Source: Eledone cirrhosa (lineage: Eukaryota). From it: a stretch of 64,000 bases of DNA. How positions within the stretch are numbered: the first letter of the stretch is position 1; each line of letters begins with the position of its first letter. Below the pieces are notes generated by a model that saw only the letters and a list, made by a program, of their open reading frames with translations, had not been told where the DNA came from and ran no database searches. The stretch lies in assembly GCA_964016885.1 (NCBI GenBank), contig OZ024742.1, forward strand, positions 83,390,001 to 83,454,000. The letters are read 5' to 3'. The translations under genes were made by a program, and so were the position numbers. Positions 15,135 to 27,589 of this stretch are shown here, piece after piece.

Positions 15135-16287
15135 TCACGGAGGTTTGAATCTTATGAATTTAGTGGCTATTCTATGTCTGCAGAAGATAGATCTTTCTAA
15201 CTTATTATTAAGTAGACTTTTAACATTTCTAAGGATATACAATAGCTCAAGATCACACAGCCCGCAATAGGACATCCCTGTACTATAGGTTTTAGCAGCC
15301 GACAACTTCGACCAGTTGATAGTGTAGCTAACGTTGCTGTCCTTCAATTCCCATATTTTTCTGGCGAGGGTGGTGAAACCCATAAGAGCTCGGTTTTTCA
15401 TCGAGTGCCTGTGCACATACCATCTTTTCTTAAAAGAACCCGCGGTGGATCCTATGTAATTCCAAGTGGAGTTACCCGAGATGACAGTGCACATGTACAC
15501 TAGGCTCGAATCGAGACATCTGTTCGCCAATGGGCACCTATCTGGGAGGTGACAGTTGCAGTTTGAGGCGCTATTATGTGCAGCTTTTACATTCCTATTT
15601 AGTACCCTGTTATAAGTGGGTTGTGATATATGCCCAATGGGGTTTTGCTGCTGCGCGTTTGTATGCGCTTGTGGTTGTGATGTTGTGATGAGTTTGTGCT
15701 TATGTATAGGTGCAATTGATTTACTAGAGATATTTCTGCGGTTGATCTTGTGTATGTGTGATTCCATGTTAGCTGCTGTTGAGAAAGAGAGTTTTATAGT
15801 AGATCTATTGAGTATTTTGTGATATCTATGCGAGATAGGGAAGTGTTTATCTATTAGTTTAAAGAATATAGAGGGCAGTCTAGTTTTTATAGAGGAGTTG
15901 AATATTGGGTTGAACCATAGGTATTTTCTTTGTCTGTTTCTTCTATTGTTTCTAGGGTTTACGTTATTAGTGTTTTGGCCGTTTACTCTAGGTGTTACAT
16001 GTCTAACCCTATGTCTAGTCAAGCTATTCCTATTATTATGTGAGCGGTTGGAGTAGAAATTACTAGGATTGTTTATGTTGTCCTTATTCCCTATATACTG
16101 TAGTTTATCTTTATGACCGGCCCTACTTAATGCTGCATTATAATAGTCAGCATGCTCGTTAAAGATTTCTAGGTTTGAGGATAGGCGGGATATTCGGAGG
16201 GATATACTACGTGCTATGGATTTAATTATGGATTTGGGGTGATTTGAGTTGTAACTAATGTAGGCAAGATTTTCATTATTTTTGTGG

Positions 16288-16290
<3 letters not shown>
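15135..16290 (-). pseudogene. PLE RT thumb + Cys linker + GIY-YIG endonuclease (open frame, 5'-truncated)
   Basis: ORF 15135-16397 after removing its microsatellite-derived N-terminus. Confidence 0.88.
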
Positions 16291-16381
<91 letters not shown>

Positions 16382-16393
16382 TGAGACATACAG

Positions 16394-16425
<32 letters not shown>

Positions 16426-17017
16426 CATATGCAAACATACTTATATAAACATATATTATATGTGGTATGTTTAGTAGTTGCAGGCTGTTCAAGACCATGT
16501 TTTGTAAGTCAGTAGGAGTGTGGGATGAGGTAAGTCAGAGTAGAAATGATGTAAGAGATAAGACTAAATTCATCTAAAAGAAAGCAAAATAAAATAAACG
16601 AAATAAAACTTGTTTAAAGCGGAATACGTTTTATATTTTATTGTTCATTTATCTGAAGGTAGACATATACTAATACTCAAACATAACAAAATACAAAATT
16701 GTGCACTGTTGCAGACATAAGCACGCACCCCCCCCCCACACACACACACACACCTACATACACACACACACATACACATACACACACACACACACTCACA
16801 AACACACACACACACCGATACACAAACAAACACACAAAAACAGCCTCTAGCCCTAATAATTACCAAAATGTTTAACCTGGTCTTATCAACAATCAAACTT
16901 AATGAGTAACCCAGGCATTCACTTCTCCTCGATCACTCCTTCCGTTCTTCCATCTTCTCTTTTTCATCATCCTTACGCCTGGTCTTACACTTTTCTTTCT
17001 TTACATGATCCAGTTTG

Positions 17018-17123
<106 letters not shown>

Positions 17124-17186
17124 TTGCCTCTGTATGTGCATCTCTCTCTCTCACCAACTTTCTTTCCCCAAATCTCTCTCCCCAAC

Positions 17187-17233
<47 letters not shown>

Positions 17234-17255
17234 CTCTCTCTCTCTCCCTCTCTCT

Positions 17256-17299
<44 letters not shown>

Positions 17300-17694
17300 T
17301 TCTATCTATGTATCGATATATTTATTTCGCATAAGCTCATCATATATTGAGTTTCCTAATTTTGTGATTATTTTACCTACAAACACTTGTATCGCTGTCC
17401 AAGGTCAGACAAGAACCATTACTAATGGCAGAAACCAAAATATGAAAACAGACAAATGAAAAACAAAAACACACAAAAATGATACTATATATAATATTTA
17501 AAGTTACATTTCAGTTCAATCCGCTACTGTTGTTATTAATCTACGATAGTATATTGAGTTCTAATACAGTTATCTAATGATTAATGCTGCTATTCTAGAA
17601 ATGATTCTTTCTATATTCATTGTTAGAAGAAAAGAAATACATTATTATCTCTTACAATATTCTTGTCCCACTATAGTGGTAATAATTTAGATAA

Positions 17695-17835
17695 TAATTG
17701 TTTCCACTATTGGCACAAGGCCAGTAATTATCTCAGTGCATTACTGGTACTTTATTTTATCGAGCCCGTAAGGATGAAAGGCAAAGTTAACTTCGGTGGG
17801 ATTTGAACTCAGATCATAAAGGGACGCAACTAATA
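17695..17835 (-). mobile_element. SINE (octopus-type family)
   Basis: actggtactttattttatcga...gtaaggatgaaaggcaaagttaac...gatttgaactcag; repeated at ~25955, ~34850 and ~35730. Confidence 0.8.
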
Positions 17836-17856
17836 ATAGTAATAAAAATCGTATTA

Positions 17857-17890
<34 letters not shown>

Positions 17891-17891
<1 letters not shown>

Positions 17892-19604
17892 AGTTCTTTG
17901 AGTCTCAGTCATTGATGTTAGTTAACTGGAAAGTTAGTTGAAATGAATATCATGCCACTACCTGCAGCCGCAGATATTCAGGACGTATCGGAGGGTTCTT
18001 GTGTTCCCAGCAAGCATGCCTTTTGAAGTGTTCCAAAAAGCGGGGCGGGGCCAATTTTCTTTAACCATCCCTGGAAACTTTTTGAGATAGTCCCTAGTGC
18101 GCCTATGACAATCGGGATAACTTTGACTTAATGGCAGTTCCAAATCGTTTTTACCTCCCACTTTAAGTCCTGGTATCGGTTAATTTTCTCCCTCTCCTTC
18201 TCTTGCACTCTCGTGTCGAATGGGCAGTCCACATCCACAATCAGGCACGATCTTTTTTCCTCGTCCAAAACCACCAGGTCAGGTCTATTGTGTTCCAGTT
18301 TCTTGTCCGTCTGTATCCTAAAATCCCATAGCACCTTCACCTGATCGTTTTCTATCAGCGACTCTGGATTGTGCTGATACCACTTCTCAGAATGTGCTAA
18401 ATTGTTTACTTTGTTCCATGTCTGTGGATCTCTGAATTCCGTTTTCTCAAAGAAGGTACTATGAAGGGATTGTTCATGAAGGCTGCTCTATCCCCTCGTT
18501 GTTATTTCATCCTTGGACATCCCTGGTCTATTGTCCTCTCCTTCAGTACAATTCTGAGCATTGGCTCCTTACTATCAGTCACGTATTTGTGTAGGTTGTT
18601 TTTCTCCATCTGAACACAGTCCTCTATGCTGATAAGACCTCTTCCACCTTCAGATCTCCTTAAGTAGAGTCTATCGACATTACTCCTCTTGTGGAACATG
18701 TTGTAGATAGTCAATAGCTTCCTAGTCTTCCTATCCATTTATTTTTGTTCAGCAACATTCCATCTCAGAATTCCCACATTGTACCTAATAATAGACACAG
18801 CTCGGGAATTTACTGCACTTATGGCATTCATACTGTTCAGATGTGACTTTAATATGCTCTTTACTCTCCGAATGTATTCAGATCTTATCAACTCCTTCAT
18901 TTTTTGTTCTTGATGTCATCAGCCTCCAGAATATCCAAATAGTTGTATCCTTCTACAGTGTCAATTTCCTTTATCATCTCACCTGTTGGTACCTGGATTC
19001 CGTTGCTTCTGCTCAATTTGCCCCTCTTCATCACAAGGACTCCACACTTACTAATACCAAATTGCATACACATATCATTGCTGAAAATACGGACAGTGTC
19101 AACAAGCACATCCAACTCCTTCTCACTTTTCCCGAAGAGCTTAAGATCGTCCATGAAGAGGAGGTGATTGATGGTAAGCTCTCCCTTTCCCAACTTGTAT
19201 CCTGCTCTCACTTTTCGCAGTATAATGCTCACTGGCATCAGAGCAAGGACAAACGACAGAGGGGACAGACTATCTCCCTGGAAGATACCTCTCTTCATCT
19301 TCACGCCTCCCAAGGATTCTCCAGCTGATGTTAACTCTGTTTTCCAGGACTTCATACTCTTGCTCAACAACTGCCTGATGTTATCTGCCACCTTGAAGAT
19401 CACTAGGCTTTTGGTGATCCAAGAATGAGGCACCATGTCAAATGCCTTTTTGTAGTCTATCCATCCCATGGCAAGACCAGTGTGTCTCCTCTTGCAATTC
19501 CTCACTACCATCTTATCAATAGGTAACTGGTCCTTTGTACCACGGGACTTCTCTCGGCATCCTTTCTGTTCGTCCGGTAACAAGTTGTTTGTGTGGAGGT
19601 GATG
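17891..19604 (-). mobile_element. 5'-truncated, decayed copy of the adjacent R4/Dong-type LINE
   Basis: Highly similar to 19636-21595; frameshifts; zinc-knuckle region deleted; (TAA)n on both sides. Confidence 0.9.
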
Positions 19605-19635
19605 TATTATTATTATTATTATTGTTATTGTTATT

Positions 19636-22600
19636 CCTTGAATCTCAGTCATTGATGTTGGTTAACTGCAAAGTCCGTTGGATTGAATATCAATCCACTA
19701 CCTGCAGCCTCAGATATTCAGGACGTATCGGAGGGTTCTTGCTGTTCCAAGCAAGCATGCCTTTTGAAGCGTTCCAAAAAGCGTGAAGGGGCCGATTTTC
19801 TTTAACCATCCCTGGAAACCTTTGGAGATAGTCCCCAGTGCGCCTATGACAATCGGGATCACTTTGACTTCATGGCAGTTCCAGATCCTTTTCACCTGCC
19901 ACTTTAGATCCTGGTATCGGTTAATTTTCTCCCTCTCCTTCTCTTGCACTCTCGTGTCGAACGGGCAGGCCACATCCACAATCAGGCACGATCTTTTTTC
20001 TTTGTCCACAACCACCAGGTCAGGTCTATTGTGTTCCAGTTTTTTGTCCGTCTGTATCCTAAAATCCCACAGCACCTTCACCTGACTGTTCTCCATCACC
20101 GCCTCTGGCCTATGCTCATACCATTTCTCAGAATGTGGTAGATTGTTTACTTTGCACAGGTGCCAGTGGATCACCCTGCCCATCACATCGTGTCTCCAGC
20201 CCTTATAGTGGGTCTGGGCTAGGTGTTTACACTCGGACACAATGTGAGCCACAGTCTCCTCTCTCTCTCCACAGATCCTGCACAGTGGGCTAGCCTCCTC
20301 CTTGTAGATATGGTGCTTCAACCACTTCCTTTTGAGGGCCTGCTCCTGCGCAGCCATTAGCATTCCTTCTGTAGCCTTTTTGAGGTCTCCTCTTCTCAAC
20401 CAGTTCCATGTCTGTGGATCTCTAAATTCAGTTTTCTCAAAGAAGGTACTATGAAGGGATTTTCCCTTAAGGCTGCTCTTCCTCCTTGATGTTATTTCCT
20501 CCTTGGACATCCCCTGGCCTACTGTCCCCTCCTTCAGTACAGTTCTGAGCATTGGCTCCTTACTATAGGTCACGTATTTGTATAGGTTGTTTTTCTCCAT
20601 CTGAACACAGTCCTCTATGCTGATAAGACCTCTTCCACCCTCAGATCTCCTTAGGTAGAGTCTATCGACATCACTCCTCTTGTGGAACATGTTGTAGATA
20701 GTCAATAGCTTCCTAGTCTTCCTATCCATTTCTTTTTGTTCAGCAACATTCCATCTCAGAATTCCCGCACTGTACCTAATAATAGACACAGCTCGGGAAT
20801 TTACTGCGCTTATGGCATTTCTGCTGTTCAGATGTGACTTCAATACGCTCCTTACTCTTCGAATGTATTCAGTTCTTAACAATTCCTTCATTTTTTTGTT
20901 CTTTATGCCATCAGCCTCCAGAACGCCCAAATACTTGTATCCTTCCTCAGAGTCAATTTCCTTTATCATCTCACCTGTTGGTATCTGGATCCCGTTACTT
21001 CTGCTCAACCTACCCCTCTTCATCACAATGACTCCACATTTACCAATACCAAACTGCATACATATATCACTGCTGAAAATACGGACAGTGTCAACAAGCA
21101 CATCCAACTCCTCACTTTTCCCGAAGAGCTTAAGATCGTCCATGAAGAGGAGGTGATTGATGGTAAGCTCTCCCCTTCCCAACTTGTATCCTGCTCTCAC
21201 TTTTCGCAGCATAATGGTCAAGGGCATCAGGGCAAGGACAAACAACAGAGGGGACAGGCTATCTCCCTGGAAGATACCTCTCTTGATCTTCACGCTTCCC
21301 AAGGATACTCCAGTTGATGTCAACTCTGTCTCCCAGGACCCCATACTCCTGCCCAGCAACTGTCTGATGTTATCTGCCACCCTGAAGACCTCCAGGCGTT
21401 TGGTGATCCAGGAATGAGGCACCATGTCAAATGCCTTTCTGTAGTCTATCCATCCCATGGCAAGATCAGTGTGTCTCCTCCTGCAATTCCCCATTACCAT
21501 CTTATCAATAAGCAACTGGTCCTTTGTACCACGTGACTTCTTTCGGCATCCTTTCTGTTCGTCCGGCAACAAGTTGTTTGTGTGGAGGTGATGGTAGATT
21601 TCCTCAGACACAATGCTCGTCAACAGTTTCCACATTACGGGCAGACATGTGATAGGTCTATAGTTGGTAACATCATTACCCTTGATTCGGTCTTTCATTA
21701 TCAGAACTGTGGTACCTTTTGTCAACCACTCTGGCACCTCACCCGACACCAAGCAGTCATTGAACATGGCCGTCAGCTTCGGGTGGAGGGATGTTAAATG
21801 TTTAATCCAATACCCCTGCACATCTGGGCCTGGTGATTTCCAGTTGGTTAGTTTTTTGGCTTGCCCCTTAAGAGTTTCAACTGTGATACTCAAATCAGTC
21901 TGTTGTTGTGCCTTCTCACCGATCTCCCTCTGTACTGTCTCAATCCACCCTGCCTGGGCATTGTGTCTAACATCCTGCTCCCATATTCCTCTCCAGAATG
22001 TTTTAGCTTGTTCCGCCCCAGGGATCAAGTCGTTGCCTCTTTCTTTCCCCTCAAGCTGTCCAAACAGCATCTTCTGGTTGTTGTCGAACATGCGGTTCTG
22101 TTTATACTGACTGACTCTGTTCTCGTATCGCCTGATTTTGGCACTCTTTGCTACAATGCGTTGCTTCAATTCCTCTATGATAATATTTAGCTTTTTACTC
22201 CTAGTTTTGTATTTTATTTCCAGTCTATTTTTAGTGCCTATGTTTTTTAGTGTCCCATTCAGTAGTGACTCAAGCTTTCCTATGTCATTTCTCATTTCCC
22301 CGATTTGCCCACTCAGTCGCTTCTTCCACCACGGCTCTGCTCTTTCTTGTCTGTTGTTTCCTCTCGCTTTTATACCAAGTAGTTTCCTCACCGTATTTGC
22401 TGTTGCTTTGAGGATATTGTTGCACTGGTGGAGACTCCTCGCCTCAAGGTATGGGATGACTTTGTTTACCTTAGCTGTTGTTTCTTTTAACTTTTTCCTG
22501 TCTACAAATCTTAGGTTCATAGGTCTCCCACTATCATTGTTCAATTCATCTACCACTAGATTTAGGATGTCAACCGAATCTTGTCCTAGCCCGTCAGCAT

Positions 22601-23230
22601 TCATCTCCTCAGTGGCCGTATCTCTGTTCCAGGTATTATTTATCTCAGTATTCAGATCATTGTCTGTTTCGGGTGGTTCCTCCGTTCTCAGGACCTCCTC
22701 ACCTTCATTTCCCACCGGCTCGCCTGTCTGGCATACTACACCCGCCATCTCCAAGCCATTCTCTCTGCTCAGTTCCTCCAGTTCCAGCTCGCTTATCCAC
22801 CCATTAGTTCTTATTACCCGAGCCTGCCCGGCCAATTTTTGTTCATCTAATTTAAATAAACCAATCTCGTTCCAGATGTTATGCATCCGTCTCCTGTAGC
22901 CCCTCTCCTTGGGTTTACTTTTCAGGTAGCATTGCATAACAGTTCTATTCAATTCTTTCGTCCAGTTGGTTCTGGCCCCTTTCCTTCTTCTTCTTCCTCC
23001 AACATCAGCAGTATTTGGTTGACAGTCAGGTTCCTGCTGCTGAGCCAGGGGGCACCTGTTGGGTGAGAGTCTGTCACATGACGTTCTAGTCTCCATTTCA
23101 CCGTTATTCGAACTGTTTATGTTCGATATTTAAACACTCTTATCGAGGATTGGCGAATGTATGTTTACATAGCCATCTGTGGATCCGCCATCCCACTTGG
23201 CCCTTGTGTGGCATTATCACCACGCTGTAT
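19636..23230 (-). mobile_element. Near full-length R4/Dong-type RLE non-LTR retrotransposon
   Basis: Single long ORF, short 3' UTR running into (AAT)n. Confidence 0.9.
19710..23096 (-). CDS. RT - CCHC knuckle - restriction-like endonuclease polyprotein (1128 aa)
   Basis: NYRPITCL, DYRKAFD, GIFQGDSLSP, LFMDD, CRICGEREETVAHIVSEC, RHD, RPDLVVVD...IVDVACP...EK. Confidence 0.93.
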   Translation of the reverse strand: METRTSCDRLSPNRCPLAQQQEPDCQPNTADVGGRRRRKGARTNWTKELNRTVMQCYLKSKPKERGYRRRMHNIWNEIGLFKLDEQKLAGQARVIRTNGWISELELEELSRENGLEMAGVVCQTGEPVGNEGEEVLRTEEPPETDNDLNTEINNTWNRDTATEEMNADGLGQDSVDILNLVVDELNNDSGRPMNLRFVDRKKLKETTAKVNKVIPYLEARSLHQCNNILKATANTVRKLLGIKARGNNRQERAEPWWKKRLSGQIGEMRNDIGKLESLLNGTLKNIGTKNRLEIKYKTRSKKLNIIIEELKQRIVAKSAKIRRYENRVSQYKQNRMFDNNQKMLFGQLEGKERGNDLIPGAEQAKTFWRGIWEQDVRHNAQAGWIETVQREIGEKAQQQTDLSITVETLKGQAKKLTNWKSPGPDVQGYWIKHLTSLHPKLTAMFNDCLVSGEVPEWLTKGTTVLIMKDRIKGNDVTNYRPITCLPVMWKLLTSIVSEEIYHHLHTNNLLPDEQKGCRKKSRGTKDQLLIDKMVMGNCRRRHTDLAMGWIDYRKAFDMVPHSWITKRLEVFRVADNIRQLLGRSMGSWETELTSTGVSLGSVKIKRGIFQGDSLSPLLFVLALMPLTIMLRKVRAGYKLGRGELTINHLLFMDDLKLFGKSEELDVLVDTVRIFSSDICMQFGIGKCGVIVMKRGRLSRSNGIQIPTGEMIKEIDSEEGYKYLGVLEADGIKNKKMKELLRTEYIRRVRSVLKSHLNSRNAISAVNSRAVSIIRYSAGILRWNVAEQKEMDRKTRKLLTIYNMFHKRSDVDRLYLRRSEGGRGLISIEDCVQMEKNNLYKYVTYSKEPMLRTVLKEGTVGQGMSKEEITSRRKSSLKGKSLHSTFFEKTEFRDPQTWNWLRRGDLKKATEGMLMAAQEQALKRKWLKHHIYKEEASPLCRICGEREETVAHIVSECKHLAQTHYKGWRHDVMGRVIHWHLCKVNNLPHSEKWYEHRPEAVMENSQVKVLWDFRIQTDKKLEHNRPDLVVVDKEKRSCLIVDVACPFDTRVQEKEREKINRYQDLKWQVKRIWNCHEVKVIPIVIGALGTISKGFQGWLKKIGPFTLFGTLQKACLLGTARTLRYVLNI

Positions 23231-24177
23231 ACGAACACACATAAACAAACAAACACACGGGCAGAAAGGGCCCCAAAAATGAATAAGCATAAGTTTCATT
23301 GTAATGTAGTATTCGAATGTCTGACTTAGTTTTTGTTTTTTAAGTTTTACTTTTCCCCCCTCTTCTCTGTCCGTCCGCCTGCTTCTCTCTTCATTCTTAT
23401 TTTCTTTACGTTTTTGGGGTTTCTTTTTTTGTTTTTGTTTTTGTTTTTCTCTGTTTGTTTTTCTCGTTTTTTGCTGTTGTTGCTGTGCTGCTTTGGTTTT
23501 GTTGTTTGTTTTTTCTTTTTTCTTTTGAGTCTATCTATATATTTTGATGGCTTCCTCTTTGTTAGTAGTAGGGATTCTATAATGTGGGAGTAGTACAGCC
23601 AGCAGGGAGAAGTGGGAGAGGGCGGCGTTGGCGATACTGAGACAGTGGTGGTGGTGATGTCGATACCGAGGCAGTGGTGGCGGTGATGCGACCGTATTAC
23701 TGTAGTGATGGTGCTGTAGCGGTGGCAGCAGCAGTGAAGGAGTCAAGGGGTGGTGGCGGCGGTGATGGGATAGTGGTGGTAATGATGGCCGTAGTGAGCG
23801 GTGGCGGTGAAGGTGAAAATGCTGTTGTGTTTAGTGTACACAGATGATGGGGTGGGTGGTGTATCTAGTTTCTGGTGTTGGTGAGTTTAGCTGTCCTATA
23901 TAGTGTAGCCAGAGGAGAGGAGGGGGGGGGGTTTTCTTCTTCCATTTATAGCCATTTTTGGGGGGGGATATACAGTGTACAATACAAAGTTGAATATTTG
24001 AATATTTGAGCCTTATAACAATATATTTGGGGTCCGAATTTTTTGGGGCTCAAGCCGGGTGCTTTTCGTAGCATTTGTACTAAGAGTTGTTATTTCACAA
24101 ATGATTTAAATATGTTAAAAATTCAAAACTTACGGGAGCGATTTCATGACCTCCGTCACCTCGTGCGTCTTCTTCCC

Positions 24178-24238
<61 letters not shown>

Positions 24239-24721
24239 ATTACTCTTCGTCTTCTCATTTATTCTTTCATGTATATGAACATGGGCTGGGCTGTATACAA
24301 ACAAATTATTCGAACAAAGTTTAAACAGGTTGTGGAAATTGAAACATATACTAAGCTCACATGTATTGAGTGCTCATTCAGTTCATAGCTGACTGTTTTA
24401 TGTATGTATAAATACATATAAATGTAATCTGAGTTCTTCGAATATTGATAATAATATTCGATTCGTTTGCAATTACGCAAACAGCCTCTTTTTTAAAGCC
24501 ATGTCATTAGAATGAGCCTCTCATTCTTGCTCTTGTTTTGGCATGCAAACAGAACTGCCGGCACTTCATCAGTGCAGTTCACTGTTCACTTGCCAACTGT
24601 CAGAGCTAGTGAAAATATATGGTATTTTCTCAAATATACAGTGACTGATCGGCCTGGTTTGTATATTAGCAGATGGGCTGATCAGTTAGCTCTGCATATT
24701 AGCAGATCCACTGCTCAGCCA

Positions 24722-24990
24722 GATTTGCCTATCAGCAGATAAGCCAGTTAGTTTCCTGTATATGAGAGATTAATGGCTGGCTTTGCCATATTCAAATAAT
24801 AAAAAAATACATATATATATATATATATAAATATATGTGTGTGTGTGTGTGTGTGTATTTTTATTCATTTGAATATAGCAAAGTCGGCCATTAATCACTC
24901 ATATACAGGAAACTGACTGGCCTAGTCTGCTGATATGCAAATATAGCCGTTTCTAAACAAAGCCTGCTTTACGTCTCCTTATTTGCATAT
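24722..24990. repeat. Inverted repeat around a microsatellite, joined to the family B 3' end
   Basis: ~24722-24810 pairs with ~24855-24945; 24945-24990 matches the reverse complement of 26205-26255. Confidence 0.7.
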
Positions 24991-25234
24991 GCATATATAT
25001 ATACATATATATATGTATATATATATACATATATATACACATATGCTTATATATGTATATATGTATATATACATATGCACATATATATATATACATATGC
25101 ACATATATATATATACATATGCATATATATATATATATATACATATATAGATATAGATATATACACACATATAAATATATACACACGCACAGGCACACAC
25201 ACGCACACACACATATTTATATCTATACACACAC

Positions 25235-25268
<34 letters not shown>

Positions 25269-25463
25269 CTGTATAGATATAGATATGTGTGTGCGTGTGT
25301 GTATGTGTGTGCCTGTGCGTGTGTATATATTTATATGTGTGTATATATATATGTATATATGTATATATATATGTGTATGTATATATATATATATATATAT
25401 ATGCATATGTATATATATATACATATATAAGCATATACGTTCAACAATCTGGCAGGAAGGTAT

Positions 25464-25506
25464 ACGTTGCTGACGATAGCTAATAAGCTTGAAACTAGTA
25501 CAGCGT
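25464..25506 (+). ncRNA. Minimal type I hammerhead ribozyme, intact core
   Basis: acgttg CTGACGA t-agct-aata-agct-t GAAA ctag TA cagcgt; palindromic stem III. Confidence 0.88.
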
Positions 25507-25713
25507 TCCTTTGTCAGTGTTGAACAAACGAGCAACGATGGTTGCTGGACACTACGGCTTAATACGGGATGTTTGTTTACAAACACACCGAGCATTATAA
25601 TAAATGTTCGGTGAATCCATACGTACATATATATATATGTGTGCATGTATGTATATATATATACATACTACTGTACGTCTGTATACATATATGTATGTAC
25701 GTGTATATACTTA

Positions 25714-25762
<49 letters not shown>

Positions 25763-25812
25763 ATTTTATTCAAAATATTAACAAATGAGAGATATTTACA
25801 TAATCAAAATAT

Positions 25813-25880
25813 ATGCTTTACTATATATATTTCAAAGGTACTGTGTTGTTTTTTCAGTACGTCTTCATCAGATAAAACAT
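25813..25880 (-). ncRNA. Type I hammerhead ribozyme, intact core
   Basis: atgttttat CTGATGA agacgtactg-loop-cagtaccttt GAAA tatata TA gtaaagcat. Confidence 0.85.
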
Positions 25881-25954
25881 CTGATTTTATATATGACATA
25901 CCGCTCCGGTCTTGATTATACAATTCCAAAAGCATATAATTTGATTATGTGAAT

Positions 25955-26045
25955 ACCCAGTACATTACTGGTACTTTATTTTATCGACCCCGTAAGGATG
26001 AAAGGCAAAGTTAACCTCGGCGGGATTTGAACTCAGACTGTAAAT
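25955..26045 (-). mobile_element. SINE fragment (octopus-type family)
   Basis: Same core as 17695-17835. Confidence 0.8.
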
Positions 26046-26088
26046 CAACGAACCATATTAATGTTTGGTTATATATATGTATATATAA

Positions 26089-26177
<89 letters not shown>

Positions 26178-26199
26178 TATATATGCATATGCAAATATA

Positions 26200-26450
26200 T
26201 ATATGCATATGCAAATAAGGAGACGTAAAGCATGTTTTGTTTACAAACGGCTAGCGAATTTAAAAATTAGGTAGTCACATGTGCTCACGCCGTATATGAC
26301 TAAATAGAATTAGTCAGTTAGTTGGGATTTTATAAAACCCTATCAATGGAAAAAAAGGATGAGTATTGACGTTCGTCGAACACAGACCCACCTGCGAACC
26401 AAAGACGTGGGTTCGTGTCCCATGTACGTCAATATTCACCCTTAATTTCA
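26200..26450 (-). mobile_element. Family B SINE-like element with fold-back at its head
   Basis: Matches the reverse complement of 33405-33585; local palindrome ~26355-26445. Confidence 0.7.
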
Positions 26451-26579
26451 ATTTATTGTTGTATGTGGTCTATATTCTTGATGTGACGAATGCGAACATA
26501 GTTGTGTTCTGTTCTTGAGCTGGTCCTTTCTTCTATCCTGAAGTGTTAACCCTTCATGGATTTTCAATAAGCATATCAT

Positions 26580-27440
26580 TGCCTATCGCTCCTGTCTTTC
26601 CTTCCGGGATTAAGGTTTTAGATTTTTCAGCTGCTCCCAGTAGCTCATCTCTTTAATTGAGGCAATCCACTTCGTGTATCTTCTTTGAATTGCTTCAACT
26701 TCTGCAGTGAATTCGACACTGTGCGACGACCAGAGCTGAGAGCAATATTTCAGTCGGTGGCGGACGAAAGTCCTCCAGAGGACTAACATGGTTTCCGAGT
26801 CTCTTGTCCTGAATGTCATCAGAATCCAACCCACCAGTCGTAACTGCTCATCACCAACATGTTGGTGAAGTGTGCATGAATTAATGCATCATTTCTCATG
26901 TCAATACTCATGTCCCGTATTGATTTTTACTCGATTCCTCAATGTTCAGTGTTTCTTTGTTTTGGTGCTCCTATGTTTGTGGATTGATAGCGGGGCGCTT
27001 GAAACTTCCTTGCATTGATTTGTATATTGTTGTCTTCAGCCCATTCATAAATGGTATCTAAATCTTGTTGTATGAGAGTAGCATCAATCGGTTTCTTGTT
27101 TGCCTGCGTTACTTTTGTTTCATCAACATAACTTGTGAGAGTTGGGGTGGGGGCTATCTATATTACAGTAGGAGCCCCAAGACTGTTCCCTGTGTCACGC
27201 TTTTTATTGACGTTTCCTTTGAGAGGGCTGCATTGGCTGCAACAGACTTGCGTCTGTCTTTTAAGAAGTCATGAAGTTATTCAGTTTCCCAGCTATGCCA
27301 AAGCTACGTAGTTTGTGACATATCATTCCATGGCCAACCTTCACAGAAGGCTTTCATATCCATCCAATCAGTATCACTTTGAGGCTCGGCTGCTTTTGAT
27401 GACCAGCAATCATCCGTCATTTTCTTTAAGACCCATTGAA
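26580..27440 (-). pseudogene. CR1/L2-group LINE RT fragment
   Basis: GWILMTFRTR...FVRHRLKYCSQLW...EAIQRRYTK...SYWEQLKNL. Confidence 0.8.
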
Positions 27441-27589
27441 ACGTTTGTTTACAGTCAAACTATAATTTTTTTCACGGAAGAGTTTTGTCGGCAATCCATA
27501 TTTTATGAGAGGGGCACACTATATTATTGATTAATTATTAGTATACTTCAATTATTGATTAATTATTTATTATTTTCATTGAATCAATC

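Larger units (their letters stand above)
14051..16290 (-). mobile_element. 5'-truncated Naiad-like PLE with 3' UTR HHR
   Basis: [22 protein letters not shown]-x5-CP-x4-C, LVY...YIGST GIY-YIG; (TA)n at both ends. Confidence 0.88.
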
